A DNA stretch of 64,000 bases. Source: Trypethelium eluteriae. Its lineage: Eukaryota. Position 1 is the first letter of the stretch. Each line of letters starts with the position of its first letter. The position numbers and the translations under genes were made by a program. The stretch spans positions 62,001 through 126,000 of the forward strand of contig JAVECL010000002.1 of the NCBI GenBank assembly GCA_051942245.1. The letters are read 5' to 3'. Below are positions 16,058 to 29,285 of this stretch, piece after piece. The notes under the pieces were generated by a model, which was not told the DNA's origin, ran no database searches, and worked only from the letters and a program-made list of their open reading frames with translations.

Positions 16058-16571
16058 GTTGTGGGACGGTCTGGAGATTTTCCAAGTGTCGATTGGTAAT
16101 CAAGACGCGGAGCAGAAGGGGAAGGCGAGAAGGTCTGGAAAGGGCTTGGAAAAGTGATGATGAGTAGGTGGATTGGCTCGCCAATCACAAGAAGCTGAGC
16201 TAGCGATGCCACGCAACCGAATGAAGCAGCAAAGACGCCAGGCAAGATTGTTCCAAGCCAGACGAAAGAAAGAGGAGCAAAGTGGTGGAGGGAGCGAGGG
16301 AGAGGGGGGTCTGGTTGCTGCAGGTGAAAGAAAAAAGCGTGGGTGTGCAGTGGAGTTTTCGGACCAGGGTGCGACCGCTGCCCCGACAGCAGCCGCCGGT
16401 GCTATCCATGCCCATGAATAGGTACAGGTCAGTCAACGTCAACTAAGAGACACCGTCCATACATGTCCGTACGGATGTTTCAGGTTTATCCAATCATCTA
16501 ATATCTATGGGTATCTTCACATATCCACAACACCCACATGCTCACCACTTACTGGAGCCGTATATCGGTTT

Positions 16572-18190
16572 TCACGTAAAGTCGTACACGACCAGAGCCT
16601 GCTGGCCTTGGCTCTTCTCACGTAACACCACCACATTCTCATCATCGAAGCCGACCCAGCCCTTTGTCAACGTCGCCTCGACGCCGCAATTATGCACAGA
16701 GCTATGATCTGGACTTACTCTCACGCTGAGCGCACCCGTCGTGAGCCGCCTCCTCAAGGCGGCGGATGCTAACCCGCCTTCGAGTTCCCAAACCCGCAAC
16801 TCATTCCCTCGAGAGCTCACAGAAACTGCTTTGCCACGCCCGCCAACTTCTGCGCCAGACACAGATGATGTGTGACCCCAAAGCCTTCTACCAGCGCTTA
16901 TGGAGAGGGATGTCTCCGTAGAGCTCGCTAGGTAGAGTGTAAGGGTATTGTCGGGATGCGATACTAGAAGGTAAGGATGAGAGTAGGACAGTGAGGTTGG
17001 TTTAGCAAATATTGGGCTAGGAGACGAGTCTTCTTCATTATGCCATGGCTCGCTAGCTCCTGGCAAACGTGACTGAAACGTTGGATCCAAGGCCGTGGCG
17101 ACTCGAGAATCCAGGAGCTTCCCATCGGGGCTTAGACAAACCTCTTGAACGCCGACGGACCAGCCTGTGAGATACGTTGGCAGAGCATAAGCAATTGAAG
17201 CTATCAGGCCCTGTGCAGATGGTCTGATGGATAGTGTCAGCGGTGGCCATGACGTGTGAGACTTGAAAGAGATCAATAGCTTGGCTGGGTCGAGGTTGCG
17301 GTTAGGACTCGTCCCTGGCTCCTCAAATTTGTAGAGCGAGAGCTGCTGCTTCTCAGTCATGACAAGAAGATAAGGTGACGCCAGTGCTATTGCCGACAGC
17401 ATGCCACTTGAGGATGACGTATTCTTGTGGAGGTGCAAGAAATCTTTCGACTTCATCTGGAGCTCAAAAATGCTGAAAGCCCCGTCCTCGAATCCAATCG
17501 CCACTCGATGGACACAATTTTCAGCAGAGCGACTGTCGATAGCTAGCGAGGTAGGTGCTATCGCTCTCCGGGTCTGATCCGCGATATGTAAGAGTGTATT
17601 TGCTAAAAGCTTCTGCCCATCTTTTGAAGACCAAGCCCTTAGACCATGCTCTGAATCTACCGTAAACACGATGCCTGCATGGTAACGGACAAGCAAATGT
17701 GGTACAGGAGGGCAATCTGTGACTTGGATCTCGCTAACGCCGCACCTGCCTCTTGACCAGTTGTGCCGGATTTTGTACTGCCGTTGCCAGTTCATTTCTC
17801 TGCCTTTCTTAACAAAACTTTCCTCATCCAACCACTTCGCTGATTTGGACGAGAAGATAAGGTGATCTGCCACTCCATCTCGAACACCTGGTATTCGAGC
17901 TGCTCGGGGTCGGACAAAGCGGTTATAGTATGCAGCTTTCCATAACTGCGAATCTGCTGCTAATGCATGAAATCGCCGCGATGTTCTATCCTACCTTTCA
18001 GCAATGCTCGGTATTTTTGACTCGTCCTGGCTTACCCCTGACAAAGGTTAAGAGTCGTCACGGACAGATTCGATAGTATGCGAAGCAAAAGTTCATCACT
18101 GAGTTTGGATATACGGTCTGGGGGAGTCGCCCGTATCCTCTTCAGCGGGCTCTCTGACGACGGATCCTCCTCATTTGGACGCTTGGCCAT
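16572..18190 (-). CDS. F-box protein with C-terminal WD40-like beta-propeller, 2 exons (intron approx. 18035-17986)
   Basis: N-terminal ISKLSDELLLRILSNL...SRRFHALAADSQLWK F-box; NWSRG; LWGHTSSVSG...LRVWELE. Confidence 0.85.
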
Positions 18191-18346
18191 CTAGAATTCC
18201 GCCAATCGAGAGCGCTGCTTGCATGCTAGCTTTGCTTGGGAATCAAAGAATCGATATCGATATTGGGTTGGGATGTGGAACTTACCTTACGCATATCGCG
18301 ATATGAAAGCTAACCTAAATTGGCATAGGCAGATTGTCACGGGATC

Positions 18347-18550
18347 ACGCGTTTTTTTAAAGCAGTGTACGTGGTAGCTGTACCGCTATGGTACTTAACT
18401 ACGCAATCGACGCGTGTCCGATGCCGAGTCAAAAGTGACAACTCAGACTCTTAGATCAGCTTTTCTAAAGATTGTTACGTCGGTCAAATCGATGAGCGAT
18501 TTGTCAAACCAAATTGTCGCCGTGTCCCTCCTGCAATTCGACGCGCGTCA
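18347..18550. promoter_or_regulatory. MCB-like (ACGCGT) elements upstream of SAE2
   Basis: ACGCGT at 18347 and 18410, ACGCGCGT at 18541, within the 480-bp F-box/SAE2 divergent spacer. Confidence 0.5.
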
Positions 18551-18667
18551 CACGCCTTGCAGTCGCCGAAAATTCGTGTAACTAGTGCCGTTCTTACGAC
18601 ACCACTTTCTTCTTATCTTTGACCAATTGTGTTGCACTCACAATGCTGGGTTTCGACTAATTTCAAC

Positions 18668-21119
18668 ATGGAATCCCAGAATCATCCAGAGCCTTCAAGC
18701 GCACAGATTGGACTTCAGTGTCAAAGATTTCAGGAAGAATTAGCACGGAGTACGTCACTTTCCCCAGCTGGCTGGATCACTACCAAGCTGACACCTGAAA
18801 TAAGGAGACGAGCGATTGATTTCCGTACTATGCAGAAATGTGGAGCTGGAAGCTGCTTTGATGGAAAGTGTAAGGCTCAAAAAAGAGGTTCAACGATTAA
18901 GATTGCAGCTTGCCGCCCATCACGAACAAGCCTATTCCCAGTCTGGTCCGCCTCCGTCTTCAGGAATGTCGACTGAAGCTTTCAACGCGTTAGATGCGAT
19001 TCTGGAACACCATACGCCAGAAGCCGGGACAGAAGCCGACGAATCAACAGAGAATTTTCTTAGTCCAGTCAAGAAAGTTTCAAGAGTCTCCCGCAGCGTT
19101 GAGATAGAACGCGACCTCTATAAGTCTGCCTATCAGCAGATTAAGGAAAAATACGTGAAGCAGATTCATAGTTGGAAGAAGTGGCAGAATTATTACAATG
19201 CCATCGGTGGGCAGAGTCTGAATGGTAGATCCACAAAGCACCCCGAGGTTGAGCATACGGAACCTGTAGCAACGGAAGATGCCGCTATGAATTCTTCTCT
19301 GCATTGCCATCACATCCCAATGCATGATGATTGTCTCAGAGCTCCTGCCCGCCTCGAGCAGAAACCCAGGCAACCATTCGGGAAACGAGCCGCACCATCT
19401 ACTACTCAAGGGACAGAGGAAACGGGGTCTGATTTGCACATCATTGAAAGTCGGACATCTGTAGGTCTTGTTGAAGATGACATGCCTGTTGTAGTCTCTG
19501 AACGTCCCCTTAAACGCAAGAGAAGAAATGCAGCAAAAGAGAGCAACAAGAAAGCAGTCATTTTTAGAGGCCTAGGTAATAGTCAAAACAAACCTGTCCA
19601 TATCAAGGAAGAGTACTCTGACTCAGACTATCTTTCCAAAATTACTCATCAAGTGCAACGGACCGAGACTCTTGATCTTGACGGCTTGGGTTCTAAGATC
19701 ATCACTCCTAGAAAGCATCAACGCTTTCAAGCATTGCTGGAACGGACACAGCGTGAATCTTTTCGGCAGAGGGCTTTACAAGAGTTGCGTCAGGAGCGTT
19801 CTACAAGCCTGCCCGTTGACGTTCCTGTGCGATCGAGCCAACTCTTCGAGATCCACAACACCACCGAAATGGATCTCTCCGCCGATCACAACAATGCCGT
19901 AGACAGTGTTCTTGGGACTCGAGGGATTGATGACCCTCAGGCGACTAATGATGTGGTAGGGGCAAGCAGTAGACTCACTCGAATCAACCGAGTGAGTGGC
20001 GTTCTTGATCCGCTTAGTCCCAACGTATCAATCACAGCTCTTAGGCCAAGAGCAAGTCTTGTCAGAAAGGGATCGTCGAATTTCCAGGAGGCGGGCACAA
20101 GTGCCGTTTCCCTTGTGATAGAGGATGGTGAAGATACGTCTGTAATAAAACAGAATCGAAGAGGCAGTTGCAGATTGGCAGCTGCAAAGCTGCGTACGAT
20201 GCAAAGAAGTAGTAGCGATGCTATCGATGAAAAGCATGGTCGCCTGCAGGCATTGCTCAATACATCGTCCTCTACTCGTTACCCGTTATCGGATCGGACA
20301 ACATTTCATACAGACAGGCAAAGCACGATCCAAGGTGGGATGTCCAGATACCCTCAGACAGGTGATGATCGATCGGACCTGGAGCAAGAAATTCATGAAA
20401 TAAAACAAGAAAACGACGTGGGTACGTCGTTGCTGCGAGAGGGTGGGAACGGTCGAAGGCAAACTTCAGCAGCCAACAAGCGACAAGCCCAGAACGATGT
20501 TTATGAACGTCTAGCCCCTCCTCCACCTCCACCTCCGCCAGGGGGTACTCCTCTGCGGCTCCTTCCCACGCTAGCTCTTAAGCTTTCCGACTTCAAACCG
20601 AATCCCAGGACGAATCACGAGCTCGACTTTGCCTACAAAGAGACGGTCCGCTCTCGTCTTGGCCGACGCTGCCTCCCTGGCTGTACCGACCCGACCTGCT
20701 GCGGCGCCACTTTCCTCCGCCTTGCAGAAAACGATGTTCTTCCTCCCCGAGAGCCCGCCCGTGGTCTCTGGGAGAGCTCGCCGTCGCCCGACTCAGCAGA
20801 AGCCGATATGGACACGCGCCTGCTGGCGGCCTATCTTGGCATCTCGGCTGAGGCGGTGGGTTGTCTATCGGCGGAGACGCGACAGAAGGCGTTAGTCCGA
20901 GCACGCGCGGAGCGTTTCGCCAATGAAGTCGGACGTCATCGGCAGCAGTGGGCGCGGGCTCGATCGCCGCCGGGGTTCTGGAATGCGGACTTTCCGGGGA
21001 CGCAAACGCAGGAGAGGGAGAGGCAGGAGGCGGAAGGGAGAGAGCGGGAAAAGATAGAGGAAAGGGCGAGGGAGGCAAGGCGGGAAGGGGGAAAGTGGAT
21101 TTTCAGGGACGAGGCTTGA
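18668..21119 (+). CDS. SAE2: DNA end-resection factor Sae2/Ctp1/CtIP (intron approx. 18750-18803)
   Basis: N-terminal coiled coil; C-terminal SAE2 domain with DFKPNP, CLPGCTDPTCC, GRHR and SPPGFWNADFPGTQ. Confidence 0.9.
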
Positions 21120-22192
21120 AGGATATGCGGAGTATGAAGGTAAAGTGAAAGGTTCTGTGCGTAGTAGTCGTCTTGCTGGATCGGATGCTTTCCTGTTCTT
21201 TGGTGTTTCTACAATGTCACATAGCTGCTTGAATCATGCTACAGTCGACTACGACTGCTAATTTCCTGACTTGGGATTCGTAATTAATGGTAAAGTTGAC
21301 ATAGTTTGCAAACAGTAAAGTATAGACCTTGTGATTAGAGGCGAGATGAAAAGCTTCCACAGAGAGGAGAGGGACATGCGTAGAGATTGCAGAGCAGTGC
21401 AGGGATCAAAGACCTGCGCAAAGATGTGAGAGGCCTATATGGAAAATGACGACTCATGTAGAAACCAGAGGCCGACATAGAGGACCCATAGAGTTAATAT
21501 GCTTTTAGTGAAATCACTGTGTTGCCGAATTACCTTAGTGGTGGGCGTGTTGGTTGGGCGCACGATATCCTCTGCTGGTCAAAGATAACCTGCCAATTTT
21601 TCACACTTCCAAATCTTCAAACATAATGGCTACTACAAAGCTCTCCTCAGAACGGTTATCTCCGAACCTGAGAGCGGCTAAACCCGTACCCGTCACCCCT
21701 TGTTCGCTTGACTGCGGCCGCTCCCTTGTTGGGCGGCTAGGTACATAACAGCTATAAAAACTGAAAGAAAGTGCTGACAGGTGGAGACAGGCGATTCTCA
21801 AATGGGCAAAGTAGCAAGCCGAGGCCAGCCTCTACAGCTAAGTTACTTTTCGACCTTACATAACCAAGTGTTGGACCAAGGAATGTTCCGAGTCAATATT
21901 GACTGAAAGATAATGTACGGAGTATGGAGTTGTCGGTACTCCGTGGAGGCGGCTACACAGCGCAGGTTCCGGTGTTACGGTGCTGCCCTTGCGCTAATTC
22001 CGGACCAATGACTTCATAAGCACAAATAATTTATGATCTCATTCTGTCATGGGAAAAGGCGGTACCGATTTCCAGTGGCATCTGCTTTTTAAAAGCCTCG
22101 ACAGACGTCGCTCCTCGAAGAAGTCCCTTTTCCTCTATCCTCTGAAATTCCCTCTTCGTCTACACTGTGATTAGTCGCTCAACTCATCCGCA

Positions 22193-23489
22193 ATGGCCTT
22201 CGCACCCAGACCAGAACCCGAATCTCCACTCGCCAAGCACCGGCCATTGGCCCCCACCGCCGGCGGTAGGCGAGATCTGGTACACAATCTAGTATCGAAG
22301 AATGACTAACAGTTTCCTCAGTTCGTGTTTCGCCGCTATGCCTTGGAGCGATGAATTTCGGAGACGCGTGGAAGGACTTCATGGGACCCTGCGATAAGAA
22401 GACGACCTTTGAAATGCTCGACTTCTTCTACGAGAACGGTGGTAACTTCATCGACACTGCCAACAATTACCAGAATGAAGAGTCTGAGGAGTGGATCGGA
22501 GAGTGGATGGAGCAGCGTGGTGTCCGTGACGAGATGGTCATTGCCACCAAATACACGACCGACTTCAGATCTGGCAAGCGCACCAAGAACTCCATCCACA
22601 GCAATTACACTGGAAATTCTCACAAGTCCATGCACCTGTCTCTGGAGGCATCTCTCAAGAAACTCCGCACCAATTACGCCGATGTTCTGTACCTCCACTG
22701 GTGGGATTTGACCTGCCCTATCGAAGAGGTCATGCAAGGGCTCAACCACATGGTTCAAGCGGGCAAAATCTTGTACCTTGGCGTCTCTGATACTCCGGCA
22801 TATATCGTCTCTCGTGCCAATCAGTACGCTCGTGACCATGGCTTGAAACAGTTCTGCGTGTACCAGGGTCAGTGGAGTGCGGCGAAAAGGGACCTGGAGG
22901 CTGAGATCCTGCCCATGTGCGATATGGAAGGAATGGCCATCGCGCCCTGGGGTGCTCTAGGCGGCGGGCATTTCAAGACGGAAGAGCAGCGAAAAGAGGT
23001 CGGTCGGAGTTTCCCTGGCTTCACTGCCTCCGAGACCGACATCAAGGTAGGTCCTCGCCCATTCATGCTCGCATCTTTGGCTCGTCCTCATAGCCCAGAA
23101 GAAACACACGTTGACGAAAGCTGTAGGTCTCTAGAATACTCGAGAAAATCGGTAAGAACCACGGCAATGTTCACATGACCGCCATCGCACTCGCGTACGT
23201 CATGCATGCCGCTCCAGATGTGTACCCTATCGTCGGCGGCCGTAGCATCTCCCACCTCAAGAGCAATGTTGATGCCCTTAAAATCCGTCTCTCGGAGGAA
23301 GAGTTACAAGAGATTGAGCAGGCATATGGATACACATTCCCTTTCCCCTGGAGTATGATTCAAGGCTCGCAGAAGAACGCGCATCGCCGTTTGACACCTG
23401 CCGACAACTTCTTAACGAGGAGTGCGATGTGGATTGAAACGCCGGCGAAGAGGCAGCCCATACTTCCGACCGGGCCGAATGCGAAGTAG
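22193..23489 (+). CDS. Aldo-keto reductase of the aryl-alcohol dehydrogenase/NorA type; introns 22266-22321 and 23047-23127
   Basis: VRVSPLCLGAMNFG, GNFIDTANNY, IATKY, YLHWWD (D/Y/K/H tetrad), LYLGVSDTPA, PWGALGGG. Confidence 0.92.
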
Positions 23490-24816
23490 AGCTGAGACTA
23501 GCTATGGAAAAGCAGATTACATAGATTCCTGCGGCGGCTTTCTGGCTAGACGCACAAGATGTGCCTCGATCGCAACCCAGGAAACCGTTTGGGCCGGGTT
23601 TGGGCTTAGCTAGCACAGTTTCTTCTGTTGGAAATGGAAGAGTCCGTCGTTGTTCCACCAATTTGTTTCCTGTGGCGTAAGTGTCTGCTATTTCGCTTTC
23701 ATGTGATTCAATCATCCACTATGGTTGAAAATACACATGACTGAGTTCTGTATTTCGATATTCCCCGTGAGTGAGCGGGCGGGCGGTCTGTGCCAGATGT
23801 GGAATTTCTTCCGCTCCCTTTCCTCACCTACGAAGTATTAGCAGGAAGCCGCAGAGCAATGATGTACGTGATAGACCTAGCACCGCACCGCTAAATCCTT
23901 GTGAAACATGTCAAAGTTGGCCTACACCCGTTCCGTAGTCAAACGGTTCGGGAGCAGCATGACCCCGGTCAGTCCCACCTTGAAGCTAGGAACTGGTCAC
24001 GAGTGCATGGGGTCTTCGAAGAATTTTTCCGTACACAGATCATCATGCCATCTCCCACATCCACGGTTTTGATCAGCCCGTCATTGCGCATCCAACATTT
24101 CTGATGCGAGGTGATGGCGTCAGCAAGGAACAAAATTTACCCCCCTATTTTAACCGGATGGTCGGGCTGGCCCATCCATACAATATGAAGCGGAACTCTT
24201 AACCACGCCAGCGTTCGGAGCCAAGCTGCGGAGGGTGGAAGTAGCCCGTTGTCGCACAAAACCACATGGGCCAGATAGAGTTTGTGAGCTTATTCCGTTG
24301 CAGTCTTGTGCTCCGTGTTTGCATTTCTTAACGCCCGCCGAACCTTGCTGTGCCTTGGTCTTTGACGCCTGCCCCTTGAATGGAACTTGCCTTTAAGAAA
24401 GTTCGAACGTTCGATGGACGATGAGAGCATTTCTTGCACGTCTACACGCATGGCTCGATCTGGATTTACGAAGTTGCTATTAGTATCAGCTACGAAACGA
24501 ATAATCTTAGACTAAGTATTAGGTGAGAAGTATTCGAGGTGGATGCTTGAGGCCCATGGAATATTGACTAGCTCTTCTGAACGGTCGTCAATGTACCACA
24601 GATACTTGGAATCGAGCTAGGAAGTGCGTGGTGGCGTGTTGAGATTCCTGCTCACGTTCATGTCAGCCTTCCTGTGGCTGCTGAGACCCTCACTTTGACC
24701 AGGACCTAAAGCGAGGGCTTCTATAATACCGCTTCGCAACTTTTTTCAGCCATGATTCAAGAGCACGGATTGGTATCTCCCTGACTTCGGTTCTCTCAAA
24801 TCAATGGCGTAGGGTA

Positions 24817-25900
24817 TCAACGGGCTTTGTTGCGACTGAGCTCCCGAACCTCCGAATTGCTCGGCAGATAAACTTCGTTTCCGCTTTTGGAAATACTTCG
24901 TTCTTCGGAAAATTCAAGGTGCAGGGGGAGACCCGACATCCCCACAAGCCCTGAAAAGTGTTTAGTCCCTGGGATCATACCCCTAACGGTAAATTTGACC
25001 TCAGTGTTTGCAAATCCTGACAATCTCAAATCACGCACTATATTTTGGCGTTCCTCGTTAGCTGATACGTACTTGTGCAGATCTTCATATGAAAGAGCCT
25101 ATCACTTAAGCTTGATTAATTACGTTTGCTCAAGGTGGCTCAATTTCTCTCTTCTTCACTTGGAACCTTGCCCTTGTGTGTGGTCCTACCCGCAAGGACG
25201 ATTTGCAGTTACGTGCTGTCCTACATTTCTTACCTGCACACTGTACTGGACATAACATTTCTGTTGTTTGGGAATTGCCTGAAGGGGGATCACTGTACAG
25301 GCGTTCCGTCAGCAATTTTTGTCTGCTATCCTTCTCGTCACTATGGCCATCTCAATCTCACTTTACATATTGCCTTCGACGCCGACTTTTTCTTCCTGTA
25401 TAAATTCTGCAGAATTCTGAATGTGTGTCACTTCCCCGTGGGTAACGTCTGGTTACCATCGCGCGAAAATGAAGTCTCCTTGCTCTTGCCAGCAATGAAT
25501 GCAGGAAAGATACCCGTTGATTCTCCACCATGTTAGACATTTTGTAGTAGCGTCTCTGGCTCAACAATTTCAATCAACATAGTCTATGTCTATGAGGATA
25601 ACGCAAAAGTTGGCAGTCTACTGAATCACTAGCCGCGGATATTCAAAAGCTCATAGAATACCTGAACATTGCGAGTTCTCCTCCAATGCTAAAACTGCAA
25701 ATCAGCCAAACACTTTGGGATATGCCCCTTCCCTTGCAAGGACGATTTGCGATAATGTTGTCTTTGAACCTAAATTTAAAGACGATCCTCAACGAAGTAC
25801 ATTCTACTACTTCTTTCCCGTAACTTGCTGAGAACCTTACTTGAGTGTTTCTATTAGAAAGCACACAATGCGTTCTTTTATGAGCTGAACCAACATCTGA
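24817..25900 (-). pseudogene. Possible degenerate spliced gene remnant of unknown family
   Basis: GTAAG...TAG and GTACGT..GCTAAC..TAG intron-like units, protein-like frames broken by stops, duplicated 15-mer. Confidence 0.25.
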
Positions 25901-28116
25901 TCCTACTGCTGTCCTGGACCTCGGATGTTAGAAGCGGAGGATGTTAGTAATCAGCTCTGTACTTTCCATTTAATTTTACCCTCCTCTCCGGACAACCATG
26001 TACATGATATCCGGTCATGGAGCGATATGAAACCGAGCGTTTCCTTACAGTGGGGAAATTCTGGCAATAATAGTGTAATAAATTACGCCATGTAGTTATG
26101 GTTTTGGTGTAGAGGCCAGTAGAGTCACACTTGTTGCTATGTGTACGGCTTTCTATTATTATTATAGGAGGCAGTAGACTTAACGTTACTCATGCAATTG
26201 AGTGCAGATTGAAACTCTTCTAATGTATCTCAAATTATCTCAGTCTATCTTGTAAATTGAAGCGCGGCATGTCAGTCTCTTTCAATGTCCTCGGCAAAAT
26301 TCTCCTAAAGATGTGTAAGTGTCATATGGCGGAAAGAACGGACGTATTTTTCTAGATTATATAATAATTCTTAAATTCGATAATTTGCCTTCGGGCATTT
26401 GGTCATATTGTTACGATACAGAGAAGATTAGCATGGCCCCTGCACTAAGGATGACACGCATAATCAAAGAGAAGCTACAGAATTTTTTTGCCCGTAGTTT
26501 ACCCGAGTTTCCAGGTTCGATCCGAGGACTCGGCAATTGGTTGTCCCCATTTTGCTCTATTATTTTTTGCTTTTTCTCTTTTAGTGATTATCAATCCTTG
26601 TTCAGCATACTATTGCCCCACTCATATCCGTATAGTCACATGGGCATCCGGACTCTCCTGTTGGATACTCTACTGCACAATTTTCTGCAGTGTCAAGGAT
26701 GACGATTGCTGGCTGTGTTAAGCTGCCAATGTTCACTGCCATTGGTAAATTCTAGAATGTACCTAACACGGATGAAGGTGGGTGTGAAATATCCAGATAT
26801 AGAAATGAAGGACAGCGATATGATACTTTATTGATTTCTTACCGATACCGCGCCTCACCTCGCCCCCGGCGCCGCGATATAGTGCTATCACAAGCGGATA
26901 GAGCGCTCCAATCATAATTCTGTACTTCACTGGCGAAGTCATAAGAGATGAAGTATTGCATGGTGCTTCTCTCACCCCCAATATCTCTCACTAGATTGAT
27001 CCTGCCGTTGTCGGCTAGGTTAGGCTATACGGGTCTTTCCGTTAGCCATGTTGATTGACGCTTGTGCATCCTTCGAAAATTTTTCTCATTGAAAAGTCAA
27101 GCTATCGTTGACGTATTTCGGAGCTAATTACTTCAAATGCAAAGAGAAGGAAGACTCTTACGGTGCTGTGGCCTTCGATCATCGTCCACGACCGAGACAA
27201 CCGACAAGCGGAGGCCCATCCTTGCGAGCTTGGTGCGATTACCTCCTTGAGGGTTAGGTTATAAACGCATTCTGATTGGATAAATGGGACATTGTGCTCG
27301 CACGTAATAAAGACTGGTATGAAGAAGTTGCGTCAAGAAGATGCTGTTGGCTACATACACCAAGACCCAAAGATCTCAAATTAAACTTTGAATGTCAAAA
27401 CTCGAATCAATGGGCCGAAGAGCTCGCAGAGCACTGGGCCGTACGCAAGATCCGATTGATAAACGCCTCGCTAGCTCTCATGCACGAGGAGCAAGGTAAA
27501 CACCAATACCCAAACTGCTGTAAAACGAATGGGCTTGCTCTTCGGATCTAGAGCACATGAGAAACGAATGCGAAACCTTACTATACACAGTTACTGTGGC
27601 TCCCTGTGCTGCTTGGCTGATCCAAAGCCTCGAGCTCTGCTCAAGGACTTCAACGGCTAGTGAAGCAAAGCTTGAACGCAGGAAGACAAAGTAAACAACG
27701 CTGGAAAATACTTCAGAATCCACAAGAGCATCAGGTAGGGTTCGAAGCAATACATGCAACTGCAAATACGAATACAGGTTCCAAAGAAAAGCTAGACGAG
27801 ACATTAATGCTCAAGCAGAATTGACAACAGATACTGACTGAAATAAGACATGGTATCCCATCCAGCTGTATCCTTCCATCTTCGTCCACGGAGTTGATTA
27901 GCCACGCTTCCAAGACAAAGAGACGCCACCGCCATCGCCATTAATGATAATGGCATCATCGTACTCTCGTTTTCATCATCATCGCCATGCATGCGTCCTG
28001 TGAGTCCACATGTAAAAGAGAAAAGAAAAGGGGGTAGATTTCGAGACCAAGGAGGTTGAAGAAAGCGACGAATAGCAGGCTAATACGGGTCCATAGACTT
28101 GTTCTTCAAATTTGCC

Positions 28117-29285
28117 CTATTCTCCACTACTCTCAGGAGTGTGAAGCCTCTTCAACGGTCTACAGTCCTCGTAGTCCTGCAGGTAGCCAGTATGGATGCT
28201 GTCATCGGTAGCACTGTAGGGCCTTTTCAGCGGAGGTCGCGTCCCATTCTGGCCGAATGGCTGGCACCAAGGAAGATTGGATGTCTCGCTGGGAAGAGCT
28301 TTGACGCCGTCTGTTCGACGGCGCGCGGCGGAAACAGCGTAGCTGTGTCTACGGGCATGGGATGGAACGGACGCTGGCACCATTCCCGGCGGTGAAGCTA
28401 GCGGTGAAGGGCCCGCATTCGAAGCATATCCAGAGTAGTGGGATGGCATGACTGGAGCAGAAGCGGATGACGTGTTTTGCGGGACAGAAGGAACCGATGT
28501 AGAGAGGTTCGACAGCTGGAATATCGGTACGTTGGCTCTGGTGGCCATTTCATGCTCGCCCAGATGCCAATGCATGGCTTCAGCTGCCCTATAGGGCATG
28601 CAGAGCTCTTTAGCAACCTTCTCCCACATCTCCTTTTTGAATCTGTAGAAGTGTCAGAGAGGAGATCGAGAGCAGTGACATGTACAATGTGTAAATATGA
28701 GCGCAGAGGCCTGGCAACGTACCTTTCGTACAGCCTCGCAAGCTTATTCTTCTTCTCTTCGTCCCATTCCGATCGCCTCTCAATGTAGTTTTGGTATCGC
28801 AGCCGGCAGCTAATTGCACTCCTTCCGGGAAGTCTCTTCGATATGTCTTCCCATTTCATTCCGCTCCCTCGAAGCTCAACATTCAACGCATCCTCTTCGG
28901 GGGTCCATTTTGTCTGCTTTTTTGCCGGCGAAGCTTCACTTGTCGAGGCACAGCGTTTGGCCGACCCATTAGCAAGAGCAGCGGCAGCAACTGGTCCTAG
29001 TGATGATGTCGATGATGAATGCCGGTGGTGCATGTGGTAAAAGCCATTTGGAGGACCAGAAATGGCCTGAGAAAATTGCTGTGGTTGTTGCGCGTTTTCC
29101 CCAAATGACGCTGCATAGTCTGAGCCAGCAATAGAGGTGGGAGTACCGTATGCATAGGCCGCACCGTTGGTGTTGGAGCTCTTATATCCCCTCGAACTGG
29201 CTGGTGAAGAAGAACGTGATTTGACGCTCACCGGGCCTGGCGGCGACACGGGAGCGCGTGAATCGAGAAGTAGGGAGATATCCAT
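28117..29285 (-). CDS. Myb/SANT-domain transcription factor, 2 exons (intron 28722-28643)
   Basis: KWTPEEDALNVELRGSGMKWEDISKRLPGRSAISCRLRYQNY and WDEEKKNKLARLYER|FKKEMWEKVAKEL...RAAEAMHW; N-terminal MDISLLL. Confidence 0.9.

Noticed and set aside
26488..26540. GGTTCGATCC T-loop-like motif suggesting a tRNA
   Set aside because: No matching T-stem, D-arm or acceptor stem.
27249..27262. Telomere-like GGGTTAGGTTA; also TAACCCTAA near 9589
   Set aside because: One or two imperfect units only; the second lies inside coding sequence, with no telomerase-RNA context.
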